A stretch of DNA of 63,779 bases, filler included, from Octopus bimaculoides (Eukaryota), in the NCBI RefSeq assembly GCF_001194135.2. It is 6 parts of 6 records of this genome, joined end to end, with 100 filler letters (N's around TTAATTAATTAA, not from the genome) between each part and the next. Parts side by side here need not be neighbours in the genome. Positions count along the whole stretch, not along the records: positions 41,673 to 55,209 come from NC_068984.1; positions 55,310 to 61,858 come from NC_068996.1; positions 61,959 to 63,779 come from NC_068997.1; 3 more parts are not named here. One strand, written 5' to 3'. Below, piece by piece: positions 52,961 to 63,779 of this stretch (positions are counted from its first letter, which is position 1; each line of letters starts with the position of its first letter). The notes below the pieces were generated by a model. The model was not told the DNA's origin and did no database searches. It worked only from the letters and a program-made list of their open reading frames with translations. Position numbers and translations under genes: made by a program.

Positions 52961-54385
52961 ATTTCATTGACTGCCTTCCTCTCTTTCAACACTACTCTAC
53001 TTATCTGCTGAACCATTTACAAATTAAAATGAAAGAGGAAAGATTAAATCACAAAACTGAAAAACAGAAAATGAATTTAAACTTGAACTGAAAATCAATA
53101 AAAAGGAAAATTCAAATAGAAATTCAAAGAAAAAATTAACATTGATTCTTGTTCCAAAATTTCAATTTCATGTCAATCCACAATCTTCAGACATTTCATC
53201 TTATAAAAACAATTCAGTTTTGTCAATTTGAAACTTCAAACTGACAAAAACTTATAGAATAATAATAATAAGACCTTAAAAAAAAGGAACAACTTAAATC
53301 TAAATTCCCATACCCAGCCATAATTTTCTATCTATCATGGAGCATGTACTATCACTACTATTCACATAATGTGCCAGCTATGAAAGAAATGAAGGCAAAG
53401 GAAGCCATTGAGATATTTGCCAAGATACTTAAGGTGTCAGATTATAGTTTCACTCAAGATAGGGAAACACAGATGCCGTATTTCAATCTATAACTTGTGG
53501 GCATTAAAGAGACACATGTGTAAGACCTGAGGTAGATAGAGAAAAATGAGGCAAGAATGAGCTATTAGCCTTCAGAGAAAAAAACTGAGCGAAAGAGAGC
53601 TGAACTTTAATAACATCAACAAAAAGGATGCNNNNNNNNNNNNNNNNNNNNNNNNNNNNNNNNNNNNNNNNNNNNNNNNNNNNNNNNNNNNNNNNNNNNN
53701 NNNNNNNNNNNNNNNNNNNNNNNNNNNNNNNNNNNNNNNNNNNNNNNNNNNNNNNNNNNNNNNNNNNNNNNNNNNNNNNNNNNNNNNNNNNNNNNNNNNN
53801 NNNNNNNNNNNNNNNNNNNNNNNNNNNNNNNNNNNNNNNNNNNNNNNNNNNNNNNNNNNNNNNNNNNNNNNNNNNNNNNNNNNNNNNNNNNNNNNNNNNN
53901 NNNNNNNNNNNNNNNNNNNNNNNNNNNNNNNNNNNNNNNNNNNNNNNNNNNNNNNNNNNNNNNNNNNNNNNNNNNNNNNNNNNNNNNNNNNNNNNNNNNN
54001 NNNNNNNNNNNNNNNNNNNNNNNNNNNNNNNNNNNNNNNNNNNNNNNNNNNNATATGCTTACATATATACACACATATATACATATATATATCTATACAT
54101 GTATGGGTGTGTGTGTGTGCATGCACACTATCTTGGTGGTGTAAGCATGGCTATGGTGTTAAGACATTTGCTTCTCAACCATGTGATATTAAGTTCATTC
54201 CCACTACATGGAACTTTGAACAAATATACTTCACTATAAAGCTCTAGGTCAATCGAATCCTTGTGAACAAATTCGGTAGATGTAGGTTAGAAAAATTAAT
54301 AGTGTTTGGAGCTGTCTGTGATAATCTAGTCGGATGAGGCTAGCTGTGCGTATAAATATGTGAGTACTGTTTTATGTGTGAGTAT

Positions 54386-54430
<45 letters not shown>

Positions 54431-54797
54431 AGTGGTAGTTGTGGTGACTACAAATATTTGTATTGAGGTATGGAATCCTTAAATATTGTCATTTCATTAT
54501 AGATGTGTGTGTGTATATGCAGTTGTAGCTACATGTACCAAAATGTGATAGTATTTCTGTGTGTATGTGTGTGTGCACATGAGTGTATATGCACATACGT
54601 GTGTGTGTGTGTATAGATACATACACACAAGCATATATACATACGTACATAGGCATGGCTACATGGTAAGAAGCTTGCCATTTCTGGGTTCAGTCCCAAC
54701 CTCATGACACCTTGGGCAAGAGTCTTCAACTATAGCCTCAGGCCAACCAAAGCCTTATGAAGGTATTTGTAAGATGAAAACTGAAAGAAGCCAGTCA

Positions 54798-54843
54798 TCT
54801 ATATATATAAAAATGAGAATGTGTGTCTGTCAGTCTGTCTGGC

Positions 54844-54874
<31 letters not shown>

Positions 54875-55140
54875 GTGAATCCCTAAAACTCGAGAACTAC
54901 GCAACCAATTTCATTCAAATTTTACACATGCCTTACTTAGGGTTCCAGTTGTGTTTTAGTCAAAAAAAATTATTAACTTCTTGCAGAGTTCGAGCACACG
55001 GCAACATAATATCTCCTCCACTATTTAAGTATTACATGTCAAAAGTGAAACAAAAACACTCATGTCAAATACTTTCACTTTAAAAATGAAACTATTCCAC
55101 TAACTGAAACAATCACATTTCGATACTGTAGTGACAGATA
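54798..55140 (+). mobile_element. Non-autonomous Helitron/DINE-1-like element, 5' part
   Basis: A|TCTATATATATAAAAATGAGAATGTG start, internal (GTCT)n, then caaccaatttcattcaaatttt; no 3' CTAG end seen. Confidence 0.55.
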
Positions 55141-55209
55141 CTTTCACAGAGAGAGAAAGAGAGAAAGAGAGAGACAGAAAGAGAGAGAGAGAGAGATGTA
55201 TATGTATAC

Positions 55210-55309
55210 NNNNNNNNNNNNNNNNNNNNNNNNNNNNNNNNNNNNNNNNNNNNTTAATTAATTAANNNNNNNNNNNNNNNNNNNNNNNNNNNNNNNNNNN
55301 NNNNNNNNN
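55210..55309. other. Artificial scaffold linker 4
   Basis: 44 N + TTAATTAATTAA + 44 N. Confidence 0.9.
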
Positions 55310-56900
55310 CACCGACGACAAGCGCCAACGCCGTAACTAATACCTTGGCCAAAATTTTGAACTCTGCATTCAGCAGAGTTATGGGCCTAAAGTTTTCAAA
55401 ACAATCCCCCCCTTTTCGGGTCTTTTCTCAGCAATGCCACTGCTCCTCGGCTCATAAAACTGTGAATTCTCTCATTCAGTTGCCAGTTGCAGTAAACGTT
55501 TGCTAAGAGGTCGCTGAACCAGTCTGGCATGTAAGCATAAAGCTCGTAGGGCAGACCATTCAAACCAGGTGATTTAGCCACGTGCAGCTAACCATTGTTT
55601 CCCGTATTTCAAAGGCTGTTATCGGCCTATCGTAGCTCTCCGTGTCAGTCGGCGAGGGCCGCAGCAGCCCGTTGAAGTAGGACGTGAAATCCATCCTGCG
55701 ACCCGGCTTAACAGTTGACGGACTGAACAGTTGACGGACTGAACAGTTGAGCGAAGCGCTGATGAAAAACGTTACACATCTGTCTTGGATCAGTTATCAT
55801 TTACTCGTCGTGGTCTAGCAAGGATCAGATCGTGGATTTGTTGTCTCTGCCACTCAGGCCCACTGAACAGCTTTAGTCCTTTCGTGTCCAAGTGCATGTG
55901 CCTTAGCTCTGACAATGCTAGCATCGTGTTTCGCGTTGAAGAATTGACTGTGTGCTAATCTCGCAGCGAGAACGTCAGTCACGATGCCTTTTTAAAAAGC
56001 TTCGTCTAACTTCCTGACAAGCTCCGCCTCTACTCTGCTTCTTCCTACTGTTAGTCCTTTGCTAAACCTTATCCATTGTAATCTAATCACCCTTTTCCGG
56101 TCTCTGAAATCTTTACGCACTCGCAACGACGCGTTCAGCTTCCAGCAATTGGGTCCCCGCCCAATGGAGCCTATCTAAGTCGACTGTACAGATCACGAAT
56201 TTGTAGTCTGTGCAGACGACTACTTTAAATTGTGGACAATTTATGTTATCCTTATCTTCTACTCTACAATATACCCTTTCTAGATACGACCTTGGTGATC
56301 CGATGCGGCACATCCGGGAAATCTAGTCGCTACCTGTCAGCCAACTGGAATCGTCTGAGCAAATTTGCGACATTTTGGCTCCTTCCTCCCTTATCTGCTA
56401 AACCTACACATTTCCACCTTACAAGAAAAACTCCATTCCACTCCCCCCTAACATTAACGAGCGGGACGTTCCCAGGAAACTTTCCAGACGTCTGAAGAAA
56501 TCTGATCGTCCTGTGCTTGTCGGGGAATAGATGGCACAGGAAGGTCGTCTGTATAACAAGATCCATATTTTTCCGAACCATCACGGTTACTCCGCCTCCT
56601 GCGCCCGATCGACTTGGAGGTGCATACACCTCATAGTCAGCAAAAATTGGTCCCGTGAGTCGGAAATTCTAGTTTCACTAATGGCCACCACATCAGTATT
56701 CAGTGCCCTGAGGTCGTTGAGCAGGAGATCTCAGGCCACGTACAATCAGGCTGCCTATTCTGTGCACGTCCATGTAGTCAGAAACAAAACGAAAAGAAAA
56801 GGAAAACTTATTTGTTTTTGTTTAGAGGGGCAGTTTGTCCGTCCCTCCAGTTGGCATAAGGTGTTTCCTGCAGCAATCACTAAGAATTCTCTTGGTGATA
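55310..56900 (-). mobile_element. Tx1/L1-clade LINE: probable ORF1 end, APE endonuclease and start of RT (pseudogenised)
   Basis: ATG at 56773 MDVHRIGSLIVRGL; LLNDLRALNTDVVAISETR; YAPPSRSGAGGGV; RGEWN; SYLERVYCR; CTDYKFV; KSPGLNGLPYELY; NFRPITLLNAEFKILAKVL. Confidence 0.9.
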
Positions 56901-56910
56901 TTCCCTCAAA

Positions 56911-58348
<1,438 letters not shown>

Positions 58349-58349
58349 G

Positions 58350-59540
58350 CAGTTAGAGAAATAAATGATTAATAAATAGAATCCCTAATAGCGAGGCAGT
58401 CCGCTTAGAGTTATTTGGGGTAAATCCCACTCAAAAGTCCCAGATTACTCTGTCGTCCGCAAGGCATGGGAAATGTTATCCTCCAGTTCCTTTTCTCCTA
58501 CTAAGAAAAGCATTTTCAGAGTAGATCCATTCAGTCTCACTAGTCTTGCCACTCTCGTCCATCTTTTGATCATCCATTTTTTAATAAACACACTACAAGC
58601 AACACCTCTCTCTCAATGTCACTTTCCTCTTCAAATGATATTTAAAGACATTGATGAGGACTTGGCTAGATAGGAAAGTGCCTGTCTTCAAAAATTTCAA
58701 ATGGATCCACCACATAGCCTCTTTAGCCACAGTCACTAAGTAGAGAAAGATCTGCTTCCCTTCTCTGCTAACGGAAGATATTGAATCGATCTTCAATATA
58801 CACTCGGCGGACAGCTGGATTCGTGTTATATGACAGTGAAGCTGTTCATAACAAGCTCAGAATTCTAATGCGTAGGAACTGAGCAATTGCATGCAGGGCG
58901 GTTTCATCCCCCTGCATGCATCTCGGACAGGTTTGGCTGTTAGAACTTCCATGCCTGAAAAGCTTTCTTGAGTAGGTGATGATCCCCTCTAAAACCACTA
59001 TGCCGAAGATTTTGGGAAATTGTTCATGAGCTTCGCCCCAAAATACCCCGAGAGAGATCACTCAGATTATTCTTGTCGATGCCCAGTCAACCCGAGGCTA
59101 TCGTTGCTCATAAACTCAACTATAGAAATCTTGCGCTGTTTTCCTGCTACAAATTCTTTCCAGCTAGTAAATGTAGTGAGTGCCAGATAACATTCTAGAT
59201 GCCAAGCGCCCAAACTTGGTGCACGTTTCACCCATGACTGCATCTCCGTCAATGAAATGAGCTGCGAGAAGACGTGTCCTACGAAGGACGCCCACATCAG
59301 TTCACCCTTGTTTTCATCGCCTTCGTTCACACCATCCCAGTGATTTAAATATTTCTGCAGCCGCATCATTAAGGATGACATCCTAAGTCTGTCACAGTGT
59401 GGGTGCTGATTATAGATGGATTTTATGACCAGCGGAAACTGTCCCACAAATCTGTTGTGTTTCCTTGGGACAAGGTACGACGGCTAGGCGGTAGTACACA
59501 ACCGAGGCGATGAATGATATTCACTACTTTCACCTGGCCT
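58350..59540 (-). mobile_element. Tx1/L1-clade LINE, ORF2 3' region (pseudogenised)
   Basis: FIASVVYYRLAVVPCP; TCPRCMQGDETALHAIAQ (zinc knuckle); AKEAMWW...FKYHLKRKV. Confidence 0.85.
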
Positions 59541-59571
59541 TTCAGATTCTGTTATAATAATATTAATAATC

Positions 59572-59752
59572 CTTTCTACTATTGGTAGAAGAACTAAAAT
59601 TTTGGAGAAAGGGGTGAGGCGATTACATCGACCCTGAAATGATAAAAGTCAAAGTCGATTCCGGTGGAATTTGAACTCAGGACCTAAAGACGGACAAAAT
59701 ACCTCGGAACATTTTGCCCGGCGTACTAACGATTCTGCCACCTCACCACCTT
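59572..59752 (-). mobile_element. SINE family B
   Basis: gataaaagtcaaagtcgattccggtggaatttgaactcag...ctaacgattctgccacctcaccacctt. Confidence 0.8.
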
Positions 59753-60617
59753 ACTACAACTAATAGTAATAATACTGATGACGATGGTGGTCTTGGTGAC
59801 GGTGGTGGTTGTCGTCGTGATAGCAGTATTTCTGGATGTGGTGTTCGTGGCAGTGGTGATATTGGTGGTAGTGATGATGGTGATGATAAATGACGACGAC
59901 GAAGACGACGATGGTGATGATGATGTAGAGGATACGAATGAAATTAATCTTTAATATATTAGTTAATATAAATAATACAAAAGGAAAAAAACTCTATTTC
60001 AAATAAATGAATCCGAGATTGTAGAGAAAGACATGCATTATAAATAGATTGGTTTTGAATGAAAGTAGAAAATAGCGCGGAATAAGTGTAGTGGAAGGCG
60101 AAGGGAGGAATATAGAGTATAATAAAAGAAAGGAGATTGCAAAGTATAGCAGGAGGATGAAGATTATGCTGTGACTAAGTCTGTTTAGGGTAATGATAAA
60201 AAATGAAAATTACAAATTTGGAAAATGAAGTATAGATAGAAGGAAAGCAGGTTTAGGTTTCATTCATTCACTGCTCGTTTGTTTACTTATTTCCTTGTTT
60301 CTTTCATGTTCATTTTATTTTTCTGTCTGCGATTCTCAATCTCTTTCTCCCACCTCATACTTCTCTCTCATACTTATTCTCTTGCCTATTTCTTTTTTTT
60401 TTTCCAGTTATTTATCTGTAAAATTTCTGCACCACAGCCATTCAGAGTTATATACACAAAAAGCACACTACACTGTGTGTGTGTGTATGTGTGTGTGTGT
60501 GTGCGTGTGTGCGTGTGTGCGTGCATGAATGCGTGCGTGGATATACATACGTACATACATACAGTGATACATACGTTTATACGTAGAAACATTATTTAAA
60601 TAAATATTAAACACACA

Positions 60618-60666
<49 letters not shown>

Positions 60667-60686
60667 CACACACACACGCGCGCGCA

Positions 60687-60729
<43 letters not shown>

Positions 60730-61276
60730 CTCGCACGCACACGTTTGCAAGCATAACTGTATGTGTTTCTTTGCATAGTTACGGTGGGAAATGTTTTCAG
60801 GTAAATAATTGAGAAGAGGTAAGTGTGAGAGAAAAGTACGGGGTGTGAGTAAGAGAAACACGGCACATCGACACACAAAAAGAAAGAAACGAACAAACAA
60901 ATAAGCAATTGAATGAAAGAGAATTGAAGATAGAAGTGAGGGATGAGAAAGAGAAGTGGCAAAAATAACCGTGAATAAAATAGAAGTGAATTAATAATAA
61001 AACAGAAATTTGCATTGTGTGTAAATGGTGAAATGGTAAATTGAATTAAATTTTTGAATAATAGCAGATTTGGGGAGGCAGTTTAAACATCTGATTTTAC
61101 ATAGCTACCTTCGTGCATAAGTATTGTTTTTTTATTCATTTTCTCTTTTTTTTCTCCTTCATTTTCTTACAGTTTCTGTCTCTAAGACTTACGTTCATAC
61201 TTACTGTCTGCTTTTCCAAACTTCACAAATATACAATGCATATACACATATACGCAAACACCAACACGCTAACACG

Positions 61277-61316
<40 letters not shown>

Positions 61317-61604
61317 GTGTGTTTTATTTCTGTGTGTACGAGAAAGATTATGGGTATGTATATGTTAGTGTGTTTATATTAGTTTGTGCGTATATGTATG
61401 CGTCTATGGATACATATAAGTATTATTGTATTCCTTTAGATCAATCAAACAATAGAGCAATCAATCAATAGATGCCATTAATCTGTTTATCTATCTATAT
61501 ATCTTTCTGTCTGACTGTGTGTCTGTCTGTATTGGTATTTTGTATGGATGCTTGTACGTATGTATATAAGAATGCAAATATCTGTGTGTGTTTGTGTAAC
61601 CTAT

Positions 61605-61688
<84 letters not shown>

Positions 61689-61785
61689 CGTGAGTGTGTG
61701 TGTATATACATATATATACATACATGAATACATACATACATATATAGATACATACATACACATATATATAGAAAAACACATATGC

Positions 61786-61858
<73 letters not shown>

Positions 61859-61958
61859 NNNNNNNNNNNNNNNNNNNNNNNNNNNNNNNNNNNNNNNNNN
61901 NNTTAATTAATTAANNNNNNNNNNNNNNNNNNNNNNNNNNNNNNNNNNNNNNNNNNNN
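61859..61958. other. Artificial scaffold linker 5
   Basis: 44 N + TTAATTAATTAA + 44 N. Confidence 0.9.
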
Positions 61959-61960
61959 AA

Positions 61961-62083
61961 GAGCCCTGCTTCTCACATGGACAACTGTATGTTGGCTGCT
62001 CAAAAGTGGGCAGCAAAAAAAAACTATTTGTATATGCTCCACAAGGGAAAACAAGGAACATTGTTTACAACGAGGTGTTATAA
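61961..62083 (+). mobile_element. Helitron RepHel helicase C-terminus (open frame, cut by the linker)
   Basis: EPCFSHGQLYVGCSKVGSKKKLFVYAPQGKTRNIVYNEVL* matches the FSHGQLYVAxSRV...TxNIVYxEVL terminus. Confidence 0.85.
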
Positions 62084-62202
62084 TCACAACAGCAAGAAAG
62101 TATGTACATGATCACCTTCTTTTACGAAACTTCATTGACGTTCATATATTTATATTGATAAACATATATATACGTGTGTTTGGGTGCGTGTGTGTATATA
62201 CA

Positions 62203-62293
62203 TCTCTATATATAAAGATGATGCGTAGTCTAGACGGCGTTTTTAGATTTCATTATTCTCGTTAACCCGGGCAACGCCGGGTATTTCTGCTAG
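62203..62293 (+). mobile_element. Helitron 3' terminus or 91-bp mini-Helitron
   Basis: A|TCTCTATATATAAA start; subterminal hairpin cccgggcaacgccggg; ends CTAG|T. Confidence 0.75.
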
Positions 62294-62571
62294 TTGGTTA
62301 TAAACAGCATCGCTTCTTCAAAGCATTTTCTGCAAGAATTGAACATAACCTCATTTCATCGATGCTTAAATAATGATCGCAAAAGATTTTAAAACTTAAT
62401 TATCTTTTACTGGTAAATACGCAATCATACACAGCTAATATGAATATCTGTGTGTACATGTGTATATTTTACAGACAAGAAAGTAAACTTTGAACACCGT
62501 ATAGCTGTACAAACGACAGAAAGACTGGGTATTTTACCCCCCTTATAAAACGAAAAATCAAGTTGCCAGCA

Positions 62572-62642
62572 GATGGCTACGGGAGTCGAAACCTTACCCT
62601 TCAGATACCGGTTGAATACTCCACCACTAAGCCAAGTGGCCC
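62572..62642 (-). pseudogene. tRNA-like sequence (pseudogene or SINE head)
   Basis: A-box tggcttagtggt and B-box-like ggtttcgactcc; acceptor stem only 5/7 paired and other arms poor. Confidence 0.4.
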
Positions 62643-62862
62643 ACTGACACCAGTTACCGCCAATTTTAATGCTAAATAAATAAATAAAGCTTTGGGAATG
62701 CGACAGTGTTTTATAAACAAACTTTGCAAGCGTCGAATATGTTTGGTATTTTATAGACACGAATGCAGTATAGCTGTGAAAAAAAGTGTGTGTGTGTGTG
62801 TGTGTGTACGTGCATGTGTGTGTGTGTGTACGTGCATGTGAGTGTGTATATACATATTTATA

Positions 62863-63047
62863 TACGGAGGGGGTGCTGAACTGTTCTTGGCTTTAAGGAC
62901 CTCGCGAAAGCCCTGGTTAGAGGCCCAACCCTCCGAGTTTTTTCCTTGGGGTGGGGAGAATATGTTCTTTAAAAATCACAATTAACTTATTTTTCTGTAT
63001 TTTCTTTTACCAAAAGCAAGGAGCTCTTCAGCACACCCTCGCGTGTA
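62863..63047. mobile_element. Mariner-type MITE
   Basis: Imperfect TIRs tacggagggggtgctgaactgttcttggcttt / aaaagcaaggagctcttcagcacaccctcg. Confidence 0.65.
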
Positions 63048-63069
63048 TGTATATGTATATATTTAGATG

Positions 63070-63627
63070 AAGTTAAATATACATCCGGTCATAGTTTCGC
63101 ATTCATTAAGCGCTTAGCATCATAGACGACTCATCAGACTCCAACAGGCGCGGGCGTTTCACCTATGTTGAAATTGGGGGTAGAAAACCGTTACCGCCAA
63201 TTATTTTGTGAACAAAAGAATAATAAACAAGTTATGACCCTTAGACCGGTCCGGTTGACAAAATTCATGAACCAAAAGAGCGAGCAGGAAATTTCCGCCC
63301 TTGGGATGGTTCCTGCTTGCAAGTGCTTTCTACAGCCCTAATCGACAAACGGGAAACCCCACGCCTGTAGCAGGTAGCGCTTGAAATGGAGGCAGGGACT
63401 ATAGATCTCGTGTCTTGAGTTTAAGAGAGATCCCGGGTCCAGCGAGTTTTTAAGGGTCTTTGCTTGCGCTGTTATGCAAAGCTGGCATCGTCCGCTCTCG
63501 TTTATATAGCACTCCGATAGTTCAACGACCCTCCATTTAATTTTATATCGAGTTCCTTCATTATTAAGACGCCACAAGTGGATGGCGCGTAATCTCTCTT
63601 AAACTCAAGACGCGAAATCTATAGTCC
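63070..63627 (-). mobile_element. Penelope-like element 3' fragment with an inverted 5' segment
   Basis: YKIKWRVVELSECYINESGRCQLCITAQ...LLNSRHEIYSPCLHFKRYLL (GIY-YIG C-terminus); 63396-63431 inverted at 63592-63627 (34/36). Confidence 0.85.
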
Positions 63628-63732
63628 GTGTCCTCTTGTTTATGCTTGTATATATTCCAATCTAAGTATACATTTGTATGCATACATGAATATGTACATA
63701 TGAATATATCTATCGATCTAACTTTCTATATT

Positions 63733-63779
<47 letters not shown>

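Noticed and set aside
7081-54239. Long ORFs of 200-400 aa in the supplied track
   Set aside because: They are open only because they cross N gaps (X residues) and microsatellites
60260-60930. Loose inverted similarity flanking a microsatellite core
   Set aside because: Low-complexity pyrimidine and purine tracts; ends and TSD cannot be defined

Overview
AT-rich, microsatellite-dense eukaryotic DNA with many N gaps. From recall of its SINE and LINE families (no database search) it is most likely an Octopus or other coleoid genome. Five identical 100-nt linkers (44 N + TTAATTAATTAA + 44 N) show the window is a concatenation of six separately assembled pieces: 1-16217, 16318-32842, 32943-41572, 41673-55209, 55310-61858 and 61959-63779. 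No intact host gene could be recognised. The protein-like content is decayed transposon sequence: Tx1/L1-clade, R4/Dong-like and other RLE-endonuclease LINEs, RTE, CR1/L2-like, Penelope-like, mariner and Helitron. These sit among dozens of tRNA-derived SINEs and MITEs. Best leads: (1) a well-formed minimal type I hammerhead ribozyme fold at 34032-34080(-) with one core mutation, plus hammerhead-like cores in a Penelope end and in a dispersed repeat; (2) SINE 3' tails shared with Tx1-like and RTE LINEs; (3) a Dong/R4-like LINE ending in (TAA)32 with an internal inverted duplication; (4) a CpG-depleted scaffold suggesting a methylated gene body; (5) a 66-nt near-perfect hairpin; (6) a 215-codon ORF that stays open across an in-frame MITE. 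I found no convincing wholly new biological system.
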